Virus record (IMG/VR): IMGVR_UViG_3300033122_000343
Reading direction: 5' to 3' (one strand)
From: a virus
Lineage: Duplodnaviria > Caudoviricetes
DNA: 64,000 nt
The notes under the pieces were generated by a model, which did no database searches, had not been told where the DNA came from, and worked only from the letters and a program-made list of their open reading frames with translations. Position numbers and translations under genes: made by a program. The stretch's first letter is position 1; every line of letters begins with the position of its first letter. Positions 1 to 10,604 of the stretch are shown in pieces.

Positions 1-999
1 TAAAACGGCAGTTGCAATAGCAGTGACTCCACCAGCAGGTGGGTCTGAAATAGTTACTAATGGTGGTGTCACATAATCTTGTCCCACTAATGTTATAGTG
101 ACGATTCCCACTGATCCAGTTGTTCCTATTCCAGCAATTGCTTCAGCACCAGATCCTTCTCCATCAGATGATGTTATAAAGACCTTCGGTATACTAGTAT
201 AACCAAAACCAGGATCACTTATTCTTATCTCTTGTAATGATTGTGTGCCACCTGAATTTGTCGTCATGATTCCAAAAGCAGATGCTTTTCTTCCGACTAG
301 ATGTTTTGGAGGAGAAATTCTTATATCAGGTGTAGTAGTATATCCAACTCCTTCATTTATAACATCAATTTTATGTACGCCTCCATTGACTAGACTTGTA
401 AATGCAGTCGCTGTTGTACCAATTCCTGTCATGGTAAGGGTTGCGTTATATCCTATTGTTTCAAAATCATCATCAATTGCATCTATACCAGTTGCAATTT
501 TTTCATCACCATATTCAAACACTTCACATTTCAAAACATATATGTAATTTTCTTGCAATTGAAAGAATTGACTTTCATGCTCTACATATTTTATTTCAAA
601 TAAAGTATCACCCAATGGAAAATATATTAAATCACCCTCTAATGGTCTAGTGGGTGCTTTAGATAATCCAGTTTCGTCACTAGCGAGTAATGGTGTTATG
701 TATTCTTCATATCTTCTTTGTGATATTACTATATCAAGTGATGCTGTAGACTTTACACCAAACTTTGTTAATAAATTATGATCAGCAGCGTAACCATTAT
801 AATTTTCTATGTAACCCTCCAAAGGGAATGACATCGTGAAATCAGATACATTAGTTTCACGCATGATGGATTTAGTATTAGTGAATTTCCTTGGCATGTA
901 AGTAAATTCAATACCATGCATTCTGATATGCTCATCCACCAGATCTTGAATAAGATTCTGTTCACTCTTTACACCCTGAGTTAAAAAATTATTGAGCAT
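1..999 (-). CDS. gp14: Neck protein gp14 (runs off window start)
   Basis: Manual translation from ATG at 999: MLNNFLTQGVKSEQNLIQDLVDEHIRMHG...RPLEGDLIYFPL...LFEIKYVEHE...YVLKCEVFEY, typical of T4-like gp14; TAATG overlap with gp13 stop. Confidence 0.92.
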   Translation of the reverse strand, partial: MLNNFLTQGVKSEQNLIQDLVDEHIRMHGIEFTYMPRKFTNTKSIMRETNVSDFTMSFPLEGYIENYNGYAADHNLLTKFGVKSTASLDIVISQRRYEEYITPLLASDETGLSKAPTRPLEGDLIYFPLGDTLFEIKYVEHESQFFQLQENYIYVLKCEVFEYGDEKIATGIDAIDDDFETIGYNATLTMTGIGTTATAFTSLVNGGVHKIDVINEGVGYTTTPDIRISPPKHLVGRKASAFGIMTTNSGGTQSLQEIRISDPGFGYTSIPKVFITSSDGEGSGAEAIAGIGTTGSVGIVTITLVGQDYVTPPLVTISDPPAGGVTAIATAVL

Positions 1000-1844
1000 T
1001 ATCCAACAAAATCTAAAGGCGGTATCTCATAGTATGTTTGCATTTTTTCTTCTAGAGCTTGTATCTCTCTGACACCATCTTCATATATTTCTCTACCATT
1101 TAATTCAACTCCACCTGGCAATTTTACACCCCTAAATTTTGTAAGATTTATACCCCATTGTTTTTTCATCAACGCTGTAAAATATTTTTTTACAAATGGA
1201 TCATTATAAACTTTAGTAAATGTATCAGGATCTAAAACTCTGTAGCACTGAATTATTAAGTAATCATCTGGTCTCATGCTTGAAGAGTCAGTATCAATAT
1301 ATAATCTACTTTGTCTTCTATTAAATCTTATTTGTTTATCAGGGTGTAATATAAAATCCAAATCTTCCAAGTATCTCTTAGTCATTGTGTAACTAAGAAG
1401 TTCCATAGAACTAAAATAATAAATTTCATTTAAAAATAGTTGGTAATTAACATTAAACATGTTTGTGCTAATTGCCCTATTATCTAATTTAAAAACTTTT
1501 TCAATTCCTATTACTGCATCTGGTATCTGAATAAAATTTTGAGTTTCTTCAAGTGTAAAAGTAGTTGTCCCAATTCCTGTAACACTTGCTGATGTAGTTG
1601 TAGTGGTCAAACCAACAGAATCTACATCTCCTCCTGCTTTTACAGCATCAATAAAACCTTGAGTTATTTTATATTTCATATACATCAATTCGACACCATC
1701 GTAATGACGATCTTGATATACCTGAATAGTATCGTCTATCAGATCTTCTATCTGCTCATCTGCAATATTGATTTCTAATACAGGAAAACCTAGTTGTCTT
1801 TTTCCATATTCAACTAAACCTGCCCTCGTGCTAGGCGATGCCAT
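999..1844 (-). CDS. gp13: Neck protein gp13
   Basis: RQLGFPVLEINIADEQIEDLIDD...HYDG; KKQWGINLTKFRGVKLPGGVELNG; C-terminal PPLDFVG. Confidence 0.95.
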   Translation of the reverse strand: MASPSTRAGLVEYGKRQLGFPVLEINIADEQIEDLIDDTIQVYQDRHYDGVELMYMKYKITQGFIDAVKAGGDVDSVGLTTTTTSASVTGIGTTTFTLEETQNFIQIPDAVIGIEKVFKLDNRAISTNMFNVNYQLFLNEIYYFSSMELLSYTMTKRYLEDLDFILHPDKQIRFNRRQSRLYIDTDSSSMRPDDYLIIQCYRVLDPDTFTKVYNDPFVKKYFTALMKKQWGINLTKFRGVKLPGGVELNGREIYEDGVREIQALEEKMQTYYEIPPLDFVG

Positions 1845-1869
1845 ATTTATACACAGTTTTCTTTATTTA

Positions 1870-2406
1870 TTAGTCAAACCTAACTATATCTATTTCATCT
1901 CCTATAGTTGCAGCAGAAACTAAAGTTATTGAAGCACCAGATTTACTAAAGTCTGTAGTTGGTCTAATTTTTACTCCATTAATAAAAACTTGAATATATG
2001 TTGGTAGACTTGATGAGGCAGTGAAAACCGTTTGACCTTGTGTAGCAGTAAATGTTTCTTCGGTAAATGTAACACTTGCAGCACTACCAAATACTACATT
2101 TGTTCCATCACTTTTTAGAACCGTATCCTGTGCTCCTATAGTGGATGGCATATTATAATTACCAACTGTCAATCCATCAACTCTTACATCGCCACTATAT
2201 GAAATACCTGCCCCCACACCATTCGGTTCATTCCATGGATTTATTCTTGTTACCGTTGTTGCTACACCTACTGAAGATTGATCTTGTCTGATATACAGAT
2301 CACCATCAAAGGTGTTCATGGCAATTTCGCCAAGTTCTATATTTGCAAGCGAGGGACTTTTACCAGCGACAGAAGATCGCTTAAATTTTATATTTGGAGA
2401 TGCCAT
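1870..2406 (-). CDS. Short virion fibre-like protein
   Basis: N-terminal IKFKRSSVAGKSP..LELGEIAMNTFDG fibre-anchor motif; C-terminal TATQGQTVF..VFINGVK..GDEIDIV domain also present in the 1949-aa fibre. Confidence 0.7.
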   Translation of the reverse strand: MASPNIKFKRSSVAGKSPSLANIELGEIAMNTFDGDLYIRQDQSSVGVATTVTRINPWNEPNGVGAGISYSGDVRVDGLTVGNYNMPSTIGAQDTVLKSDGTNVVFGSAASVTFTEETFTATQGQTVFTASSSLPTYIQVFINGVKIRPTTDFSKSGASITLVSAATIGDEIDIVRFD

Positions 2407-2431
2407 ACTATTATTGGTATATACTCATTAA

Positions 2432-2449
2432 ATCTGATATATATCAGAT
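2432..2449. promoter_or_regulatory. Perfect 18-bp palindrome upstream of fibre gene
   Basis: ATCTGATAT|ATATCAGAT in the intergenic gap. Confidence 0.4.
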
Positions 2450-2460
2450 ATTATTATTAT

Positions 2461-2685
2461 TTAGAATTTACCGCCATCAGATGGTTTTGCTGGTTTTTTT
2501 GGTCTAGGAGATTTTTTTTCTAATTCAAGTATTTTTTCATTTAATTGATTGTTATTATTACTTAACATCTCAATCGTTTGACGATATTTTAATTCTCTCG
2601 ATTCAAGAGCAATTACCTGATTAATAAGATTAGTATATTTATTTTGATATATTGTAATCAAATTTTTGTAATCTTGTTCATCCAT
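2461..2685 (-). CDS. Small coiled-coil hypothetical protein
   Basis: Heptad-like sequence; late promoter CTAAATA at 2706-2712; ends DGGKF. Confidence 0.7.
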   Translation of the reverse strand: MDEQDYKNLITIYQNKYTNLINQVIALESRELKYRQTIEMLSNNNNQLNEKILELEKKSPRPKKPAKPSDGGKF

Positions 2686-2718
2686 AAAAAAATCATTAAC
2701 TGCCCTATTTAGTGCATT

Positions 2719-2967
2719 TTAAGTTGTCTTATTTCTAGTAGAAGTTATACCACAAGCAGGTTTAGGTATTGTATTAATATACCCGTCACAATCAGTCTGT
2801 TCTATGACGTTACAATATTCAATGCTAGTGATTTTAATATCATAGTAATTTTCTAATGACTCAATAATAAAGTCACTTGACTCAAAAAGATAACACCCTT
2901 TTGATAATATACTCCATAGATCATGAGAATATGGTTCAAAATTTATTTTTTCAATTACAAATAACAT
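2719..2967 (-). CDS. Hypothetical protein coupled to radical SAM gene
   Basis: 82-aa ORF overlapping the rSAM stop. Confidence 0.5.
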   Translation of the reverse strand: MLFVIEKINFEPYSHDLWSILSKGCYLFESSDFIIESLENYYDIKITSIEYCNVIEQTDCDGYINTIPKPACGITSTRNKTT

Positions 2968-4256
2968 GCTATTTCAGGAAATATTGTTCTCCAATTAGTA
3001 CCTCTTGATTTATCAAGTGCATCGAAGTATTTGATCCCTAACTCAAAACTATGTTGATCTCTTGGTTGCATCATATCGTCATAAACATATTGTGATATAG
3101 ATTTTATATCATCACCTATCTCTTCTTTTATTTTATCGGGTAAATGTCTAGTCTGACAAAATTTAGGGTTCTCAATTTTATTCAGCATTGTTGTTGTATC
3201 AGTATATAAATTCATCTTCCTCATAAACTCAACTGTTTCTTTGAGTTTATAAATGCCTAACAAACTAGGTGTGATTGTGACTTCTATTTTTCCAAGTTTC
3301 CATTCTCTTTTAACATGATCTTGGGAGTTTTTATTTTTTATGTATGAAAATAATCTTTTTCTTTTAAAATACTTGTTTTCCTTACTATTGTAAAAATAAT
3401 CTCTTACATCCAATACATTTTTCAATGTAATATCCCACTTAGTAGGATATCTCAACCAGTGATTTCTCTCTCCTAATCCATCCACACTCCAATTTACAGA
3501 AACCCACTTGAAAGCATCAATATATTTTTTCATTTTTTTAAGATTAAAAAGAGTAAAGTTAGTCACATACATAAGTTCTATATTTTTTGCTTGATCTGTT
3601 TCTATCAAGGCATCAAGTATATCAAAATGAGATACCATTGTCATTGGTTCACCACCACAAAATGCAAGGGTTTTAATATTCTTACCATGACATACGAGAT
3701 CATCAACAAATAATTTCCATTGGTCTGGATTTGATTTTTTTACATCTTTATGAGCAAATGATATTCTTTGTACTAATCCCCTCCATATGGGATCCATTTT
3801 TTTTAATCTTTCTATTCTTCTGCTTGAATTATCAGGTTGGCACTCATAACATTCTAAATTACAGTAATTACCAAAAGCATTTAGTTCTAACTTTAAAAAC
3901 CTATCATCAGTATCAACCATTTTACCATCAACATCAAAGTTCCTCAATACACTCCAATCATGTTTCATTTGAGTGCGTGTTGATTTACCAATTTCTTTTT
4001 CATTACGCAAACATATTTTACACATACTCTTTATTTCTGGACTCATATTACCTGCTAACATATCTTTTCTAATCTGATTAAATATTTTACTTTTAAAATA
4101 TTCAATAGGTGAGGTATTTTGAGGACCACAAATTGATTCAGTTTTTGCCCAACAACATGGTTGATAATTTAATCCAGGAGCATTTCTTAATTGAGAAAAT
4201 GGTAGACTACATAATACAGGATTACCTTCCTGTGGATTTTCAAGTGTTTCTTCCAT
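2955..4256 (-). CDS. Radical SAM protein with N-terminal twitch/SPASM-like Cys cluster
   Basis: CNLECYEC (CxxxCxxC), FCGGEP, YVTN, WSVDG, LRYPTKW; N-terminal C..PF/PCC/CxxC. Confidence 0.9.
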   Translation of the reverse strand: MEETLENPQEGNPVLCSLPFSQLRNAPGLNYQPCCWAKTESICGPQNTSPIEYFKSKIFNQIRKDMLAGNMSPEIKSMCKICLRNEKEIGKSTRTQMKHDWSVLRNFDVDGKMVDTDDRFLKLELNAFGNYCNLECYECQPDNSSRRIERLKKMDPIWRGLVQRISFAHKDVKKSNPDQWKLFVDDLVCHGKNIKTLAFCGGEPMTMVSHFDILDALIETDQAKNIELMYVTNFTLFNLKKMKKYIDAFKWVSVNWSVDGLGERNHWLRYPTKWDITLKNVLDVRDYFYNSKENKYFKRKRLFSYIKNKNSQDHVKREWKLGKIEVTITPSLLGIYKLKETVEFMRKMNLYTDTTTMLNKIENPKFCQTRHLPDKIKEEIGDDIKSISQYVYDDMMQPRDQHSFELGIKYFDALDKSRGTNWRTIFPEIACYL

Positions 4257-4281
4257 ACATATAGTTTATCAATTATAAAAT

Positions 4282-7200
4282 CTAAAAACTACCCCCGTCT
4301 ATACTTATATTATTAAGTGAACGAGTAGTTCCAGAGCATGATATTAATTGTGTATTACCTGCACAGTCATTTACATATAAAGATCCAACTTCTAATGCAC
4401 CAGCACTAGAATTTGTCATAACACCTGAACTCTCAGTGGCAACATTGGAAAAGACAAATCTAGAGGCACTGTCATCCCAATACATTGCTGCTTTTTTAGC
4501 AGAATCAGTATAGTAATTAAATATAACACCAAGATCTTTGTTTAGGTCAGAAGTTGGAGCAGAACCATCAACCATACCCAATTCAAGAAGAACATCTTCA
4601 ATAGTTGTGTTTGTTGTATTGACCTGTGTAGTAGTACCATTAACAACTAAATTACCACCAATTGTAAGGTTTTGAGAACATGCTACAGCACCTGTGGAGT
4701 CAGATATAGTGAGAGCAGTAGTGCCATCTTTCGCTTTAACATTGGTTACTTCAATTGTTGGTACATCAATAGATGTTGTGACATTGACTGTTGATGGAAG
4801 ACCTATAGTAATACTTTGACCAGATGCGGAAGTTTCAATTTCGTTTGATGTACCAGAAACAGTTAGAGTTTGTGATGTTGAAACTGAACCACTACCAGAA
4901 TCACCAGCAATAGATGTAGTTACATCTACTGCCCCTACTTCAGCATCTACATATGCTTTAACTGATTGTTGTGTTGGAACTTTTGTAGCACTGTTAGATG
5001 ACATGTTATCTTCATCTACAACAAAACTCATTGAAGCAGTGGTTGTGTCGCTATTCATTACTGCACCAGCAGCATCTACATTAGTAGCATCAGTTACATC
5101 AGCATTAGCCTCGATACCATCAAGTTTTGCGTGATCTGCTGTTGTGAAGTTTTCATCAGTTTGTGAAGCAACAGAAAAATCTAAAGTACCATCGCTGTCT
5201 TGATAAGTAACTGTTATACCTGATTCAGTATTTCCAGTAACCATTCCTCCCACAATATCCTGTACTTGCTCATCAGTTAGAGTTGCAGTTATATACCCTG
5301 CTCCGTTTGTTATCGCATTATTATTAAGAGAAATGTTTGCTGTTCCATCAAATGAAACACCAGCTATAGTTCGTGGAGTTTCAAGGGCTGTTGCTGTTGC
5401 AGCGTTACCAGACGCATTTCCAGTTACATTACCTGTAAGGTCTCCAACAAATCCACCAGTGGCAGTTGCCACCCCTGATACTGTTAGATCAGCAGCAGTC
5501 TTCAGTGAATTGACGTTTACAATGTCTCCTAGTGATTTCCAAGCAACAACTTCAACTTCATCTCCTGCAGTTGCACCTGATCCAAGTGTAACTGTGCTAC
5601 TGTTTGTTTCTGTGTAGTCAACTCCTGTGATAAGACGAACACCGTTTAGGTATACATCTACAAATCCTGCTGTATAGTTTGCAGAAACTGTAATAGCAGT
5701 CTGTCCTTGAGTAAGAACTGTTGTTTCGGATGTTGTGAATGTAGTAGCAGCAACACCAGTTAAAACAACATCAGCAATGCCATCTTCAACAATAAAGTCT
5801 TCTAAACCAGTTCCTCTGAATTTAAATGCAGTTACAAGACCTGCAGCAGCAGATACTGAGTGAATACCAACTCCAGGAATCAATCCACCACCAGTTGAGT
5901 TTCTTAGAGGTGCAGCACTTGTAAGTTGTCCATCAACATCAAGTGTTCCACCTACGTTTAGGTTCTTGGCAATACCAACACCACCATCAACTATTAAAGA
6001 ACCAGATGTGTTACTGGTTGATTGTGTAGTATCATTTAAGTTTACTGCACCAGAAGCATCTAAAGTTGTAAAAGCAGCAGTAGATGCTGAATTTGCACCT
6101 ATTGCTGTACCATCTATAGCTCCTCCATTTATATCAACTGTTGTTAACGTAGATGTTCCAGAAACACCAAGAGTTCCAGATATTGTTTCATTACCTGTAA
6201 CTGCTAATGTTGTACCGTTGAATGTAAGGTTGCCACTATCCTCGATAGCACCACCAGTACCTGCAAGAACAACTCTTCCCGATGTGAGGTCAGATACTGT
6301 AGCGGATGCTAAAGTAGATTCTCCAGTAACACCAAGTGTTCCTCCAACTGTTGCGTTACCAATTATTCCTGCATTTTCATCAACGTCCAGTGTATCAATA
6401 TGTGCAGTTCCATCAATGAACAAATCTTGCCATTCGAGTGTAGATGTACCTAAATCTCTTGTACTATCAACAGAAGGAACTATATCACTATCAAAACGAC
6501 CTGTTGCAGTGATTGTATCACTTGTTGCATTACCTAAGTCTACATTACCATTAGCAGTAAGTGTTCCAGATGCAGTAACAGAACCTGAAACTACAACATC
6601 ATCATCAAGAGTTGTGGTTCCTCCTGCGGAATCAATAGTTAGATTTCCAGAAGCAGTATCTATTTCATTATCACCAGTTACCCCAATTTGGATATTATCA
6701 ATAGTTGCTCCACCGTTAGCATCGATTGCTCCAGTAAATGTGGAAATACCAGATACCTTGAGTTGAGTTGAATCAACAAATGCTAGAGTACTTATACCTG
6801 TAACATTGATTGCAGCAAATGTAGCACCTTGTCCACCACCAAGAACATAGTTCTTGACTCTAGACATTGTAGACTTACGGTTTGTACCACCAGCACCGTC
6901 ATCAACTACGATCAAGTCAGCATCTACTAGATCAGCACCAATATCTGTACCACCGTCTATATCAAGAGAAGTAAGAGGTACTGTTCCTGCAGATAATCCT
7001 GATCCAGATCCACTGAATGAATTACCAGTAATTGTGCCAGTGACATCAAGGTCTGCCCCTAATGTTGCATCACCAGTAACACCAAGTGTTCCTCCAACTG
7101 TTGCGTTACCAATTATTCCTGCATTTTCATCAACATCTAAAGTGTCAACGTGAGCAGTACCATCAAGATATAAGTCTTTCCATTCTAATGTAGATGAACC

Positions 7201-10131
7201 TAAATCTCTTGCACCATCGGTAGAAGGAACTAGATCACTATCAAAACGACCTGTTGCAGTTATAGTGTCAGATGTAGCATTTCCTAAATCTACATTACCT
7301 TCAATCGATGCATTACCAGAAACTGTAAGACCTGTAAGAGTTCCAACATTAGTAAGAGAAGAGTTTACAACAGCAGATCCAAGAGTGGTTGCACTCAATG
7401 TCTCTACGTTGTTTACCTTGTATACTTTACCAGATGCAATGTTTAGGTTCTCAGAAGATCCTAAGTTGTCACCTGTTGCTTCAAATTGGAATGTTTTGTT
7501 ACCTTCACCAGATTCGATTGTAATACCACCACCATCAGCAGCAGCATCGTTAGCAGCACCGTTTGCAACTAAAATGTTTTTGTCAGTAATAGTAACGGTT
7601 GTAGAATTAACTGTAGTGGTTGTACCGTCTACTTGGAAGTCACCAGCGATTACAACTTTACCTGTATTATCACCTACCGCAGCAGGGTCAATAGTGATTG
7701 TTGCAGGACCTGAGATTGTGTTTGAAGTAACTCTAATTGCAGACCCTTCAGCACCTGTATGGAATTCAGTACCAGTAACAGTGCTTGAAGCATTTACAGT
7801 TCCAGTTACACCTAATTGTGATCCGTTGAATGTAAGATTTCCTGAGTCTTCTAGTTCTCCAGATGTACCTGCTAATACAACTCTTCCGTCAGTTAGATCA
7901 GATATTGCTGCTGAGTTAGCAACCAAACCACCTGCAATATTAGCACCACCATCAGCATCAATTGCTCCGTTTACATCGACTGTACCTGTAAATGTAGAAA
8001 CACCAGATACTTTAAGTTGTGTAGCATCTACAAATGCAACAGTACTAATTCCTGTAACATTGACTGCAGCAAATGTAGCACCTTGTCCACCACCAAGAAC
8101 ATAGTTCTTGACTCTAGACATTGCAGTTTTTCTATTAGTGCCACCTGCTCCATCGTCTACAATAAGTAGATCAGCATCTACTAAATCAGCACCAATATCT
8201 GTGCCACCATCAATATCTAAAGCAGCAAGACCAACTTTATTTGCTGTAGTAATTGTGTTTAGTTTGCCATCTTCAATTGACCCTGCTAGTTGAGCATTGG
8301 TTATAGTGCCAGTTAAACTTGAGGTAGGATAGTTAGTAGCATCAGTTAGGTCGAACGCTGGAGTTGAGTCTGATCCACCTAACGCTAAACTTACACCACC
8401 ATAAGATACTGTACTGTTTGCTAACTTACTATTTGCAATTGATCCAGCAAGTTTATCGTTAGAAATTGAACCTGCTAGTTGAGCATTGGTTATAGTACCA
8501 GTTAAACTTGTAGTAGGATAGTTTGTTGCATCTGAAAGATCGAATGCTGGAGTTGTATCTGATCCACCTAATGCTATAGATACACCACCTAAAGATACTG
8601 TGCTATTTGCTAACTTATTGTTAGCAATTGAACCTGCCAACTGGGTATTGGTTATAGTGCCTGTTAGACTTGAAGTAGGGTAGTTTGTTGCATCTGAAAG
8701 ATCGAATGCTGGAGTTGCGTCAGAAGCACCTAACGCTAGACTTATACCACCAAAAGATACTGTGCTATTTGATAATTTATCATTAGCAATTGAACCTGCT
8801 AGTTGAGCATTGGTTATAGTACCAGTAAGACTTGAAGTAGGATAATTTGTTGCATCCTGAAGATCGAATGCTGGAGTTGCATCAGAAGCACCTAATGCTA
8901 TTGATACACCACCTAAAGATACTGTGCTATTTGATAATTTACTATTTGCAATTGAACCTGCCAACTGAGTATTGGTTATCGTACCACTCAGACTTGAGGT
9001 AGGATAGTTAGTAGCGTCACTTAGATCAAATGCTGGAGTTGCGTCAGAACCACCTAAATTTAGACTTATACCACCAAAAGATACAGAACTGTTTGCTAAC
9101 TTACCGTTTGCTATGGAACCTGCTAACTGATCATTGGTTATCGTACCACTCAAACTTGAAGTAGGGTAGTTTGTTGCATCTGAAAGATCGAATGCTGGAG
9201 TTGCGTCAGAAGCACCTAACGCTAGACTTATACCACCAAAAGATACTGTGCTATTTGATAATTTATCATTAGCAATTGAACCTGCAAGTTGATCATTAGT
9301 TATCGTGCCACTCAAACTTGAAGTAGGATAGTTTGTTGCATCAGTTAAATCGAACGCTGGAGTTGAGTCTGATCCACCTAACGCTAAACTTACACCACCA
9401 TAAGATACTGTACTGTTTGCTAAGTTTGAGTTTGCTAATGGAGTTGCAAATGTAGCAGTCCCTGCTACATCTAAATTCCCGTTAGCATCAATAGCACCTG
9501 TGAATGTAGAGATACCAGATACTTTGAGTTGTGTAGCATCTGTAAATGCTACTGTACCAATACCTGTTACATTGATTGCAGAAAATGTAGCACCTTCTCC
9601 ACCACCGAGAATGTAATCTTTAATTCTTGAAGCATCTACCTTTCTATTTGTACCACTTCCACCGTCGTCAACTATAAACTCATCAGCGTCAACTATAGCA
9701 GCACCGATATCAGTTCCACCATCTATGTCTAGAGAAGTAAGAGGTACTGTTCCTGCTGATAAACCTGAACCAGATCCTGTGACTGTTGTAGTATATGATA
9801 GATTACCTGACCCATCACTTACTAAAATACCGTTTGCTACATCGGTGCCAGGTAATGTATACGTGACATCTCCACCTAGTGAATTAGGTGCTTTCAGCAT
9901 TATTGCTGAAGTTCCGTTGTTAGATCCTTCTACAAGTTTTACGCCACTACCAACTGTAGCAGTATTAACTTGCCAAAATCTACCAGAACCTACAAATTGA
10001 TTATTATTAGTTGTAGAGTCAATACCAACATATAAATCATATTTGTCTACGGTAAATCCTGGTTCTCCTGCTCTTAATCCTGGTAGATCTGCAAGATTAC
10101 CTCTCTTGAACTGAATTACTGGTGATGCCAT
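4282..10131 (-). CDS. Long repeat-rich tail fibre / virion fibre protein (1949 aa)
   Basis: G/T/S/A/D-rich; IQFKRG..LRAGEPGFTVD N-terminus; several internal repeat modules; ends IDGGSF. Confidence 0.85.
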   Translation of the reverse strand: MASPVIQFKRGNLADLPGLRAGEPGFTVDKYDLYVGIDSTTNNNQFVGSGRFWQVNTATVGSGVKLVEGSNNGTSAIMLKAPNSLGGDVTYTLPGTDVANGILVSDGSGNLSYTTTVTGSGSGLSAGTVPLTSLDIDGGTDIGAAIVDADEFIVDDGGSGTNRKVDASRIKDYILGGGEGATFSAINVTGIGTVAFTDATQLKVSGISTFTGAIDANGNLDVAGTATFATPLANSNLANSTVSYGGVSLALGGSDSTPAFDLTDATNYPTSSLSGTITNDQLAGSIANDKLSNSTVSFGGISLALGASDATPAFDLSDATNYPTSSLSGTITNDQLAGSIANGKLANSSVSFGGISLNLGGSDATPAFDLSDATNYPTSSLSGTITNTQLAGSIANSKLSNSTVSLGGVSIALGASDATPAFDLQDATNYPTSSLTGTITNAQLAGSIANDKLSNSTVSFGGISLALGASDATPAFDLSDATNYPTSSLTGTITNTQLAGSIANNKLANSTVSLGGVSIALGGSDTTPAFDLSDATNYPTTSLTGTITNAQLAGSISNDKLAGSIANSKLANSTVSYGGVSLALGGSDSTPAFDLTDATNYPTSSLTGTITNAQLAGSIEDGKLNTITTANKVGLAALDIDGGTDIGADLVDADLLIVDDGAGGTNRKTAMSRVKNYVLGGGQGATFAAVNVTGISTVAFVDATQLKVSGVSTFTGTVDVNGAIDADGGANIAGGLVANSAAISDLTDGRVVLAGTSGELEDSGNLTFNGSQLGVTGTVNASSTVTGTEFHTGAEGSAIRVTSNTISGPATITIDPAAVGDNTGKVVIAGDFQVDGTTTTVNSTTVTITDKNILVANGAANDAAADGGGITIESGEGNKTFQFEATGDNLGSSENLNIASGKVYKVNNVETLSATTLGSAVVNSSLTNVGTLTGLTVSGNASIEGNVDLGNATSDTITATGRFDSDLVPSTDGARDLGSSTLEWKDLYLDGTAHVDTLDVDENAGIIGNATVGGTLGVTGDATLGADLDVTGTITGNSFSGSGSGLSAGTVPLTSLDIDGGTDIGADLVDADLIVVDDGAGGTNRKSTMSRVKNYVLGGGQGATFAAINVTGISTLAFVDSTQLKVSGISTFTGAIDANGGATIDNIQIGVTGDNEIDTASGNLTIDSAGGTTTLDDDVVVSGSVTASGTLTANGNVDLGNATSDTITATGRFDSDIVPSVDSTRDLGTSTLEWQDLFIDGTAHIDTLDVDENAGIIGNATVGGTLGVTGESTLASATVSDLTSGRVVLAGTGGAIEDSGNLTFNGTTLAVTGNETISGTLGVSGTSTLTTVDINGGAIDGTAIGANSASTAAFTTLDASGAVNLNDTTQSTSNTSGSLIVDGGVGIAKNLNVGGTLDVDGQLTSAAPLRNSTGGGLIPGVGIHSVSAAAGLVTAFKFRGTGLEDFIVEDGIADVVLTGVAATTFTTSETTVLTQGQTAITVSANYTAGFVDVYLNGVRLITGVDYTETNSSTVTLGSGATAGDEVEVVAWKSLGDIVNVNSLKTAADLTVSGVATATGGFVGDLTGNVTGNASGNAATATALETPRTIAGVSFDGTANISLNNNAITNGAGYITATLTDEQVQDIVGGMVTGNTESGITVTYQDSDGTLDFSVASQTDENFTTADHAKLDGIEANADVTDATNVDAAGAVMNSDTTTASMSFVVDEDNMSSNSATKVPTQQSVKAYVDAEVGAVDVTTSIAGDSGSGSVSTSQTLTVSGTSNEIETSASGQSITIGLPSTVNVTTSIDVPTIEVTNVKAKDGTTALTISDSTGAVACSQNLTIGGNLVVNGTTTQVNTTNTTIEDVLLELGMVDGSAPTSDLNKDLGVIFNYYTDSAKKAAMYWDDSASRFVFSNVATESSGVMTNSSAGALEVGSLYVNDCAGNTQLISCSGTTRSLNNISIDGGSF
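8275..9425 (-). repeat. Seven tandem 54-aa (162-bp) coding repeats
   Basis: Unit LANSTVSYGGVSLALGGSDSTPAFDLTDATNYPTSSLSGTITNDQLAGSIANDK; seven PAFDL counted; one unit has an extra 9-aa LAGSISNDK. Confidence 0.92.
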
Positions 10132-10201
10132 TTTACTAACTTCACTAAGAATTTTTTCTCTTTTTATTTATTTTTTTTCAAACGTTAAAGTGTAGATATA
10201 C

Positions 10202-10603
10202 TTACAAAAAAGTTCCAGCGTCTAAATCTATCTTGTCGTCTAATGCCTGATCTAAGTAATTAATAGTTGATGTTGATAATCCAACATTTGGAGTATCAGC
10301 AACAGCAGAATCAACTATCTCATCGGGAGATAAAAATACAAATTTTCCTGTAGAGTAATCAAAACTAAGCACTGACTTATTTGTATTTTCTCCTAAATTG
10401 GAACTTACAACATCTCCTAAGTCTCTTAAATTTGTCACGTCTCCTCCTCCTCCTCCTCCTAATAATGGTGTTACATTTATTGGAAACGATCCTCTCACTC
10501 CACCCACGCCAATTGATAAATTAGCATCAGCAGTTTGAGATACAATCCTTACTCCAATTTTTGAATTAGATGTAAATCTAACTCCAAAATTTGAATTAGA
10601 CAT
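10202..10603 (-). CDS. Virion-associated hypothetical protein
   Basis: Gly6 tract, LRDLGDV motif, ends DLDAGTFL; inside late operon. Confidence 0.7.
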   Translation of the reverse strand: MSNSNFGVRFTSNSKIGVRIVSQTADANLSIGVGGVRGSFPINVTPLLGGGGGGDVTNLRDLGDVVSSNLGENTNKSVLSFDYSTGKFVFLSPDEIVDSAVADTPNVGLSTSTINYLDQALDDKIDLDAGTFL

Positions 10604-10604
10604 A

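Noticed and set aside
245-650. + strand ORFs 245-547 and 441-650
   Set aside because: Antisense to the clear gp14 frame, which the ORF track missed because it runs off the window.
8275-9425. 162-bp repeats as CRISPR array or DGR template
   Set aside because: In-frame coding repeats with synonymous variation, no unique spacers, no adenine-specific mutation pattern, and no cas or reverse transcriptase gene in the window.
5333-10000. Long + strand ORFs (e.g. 5966-6766, 7265-8104, 9725-10000; also 62929-63312)
   Set aside because: Antisense shadows of Gly/Thr/Ala-rich fibre codons; no RBS or recognisable motifs.
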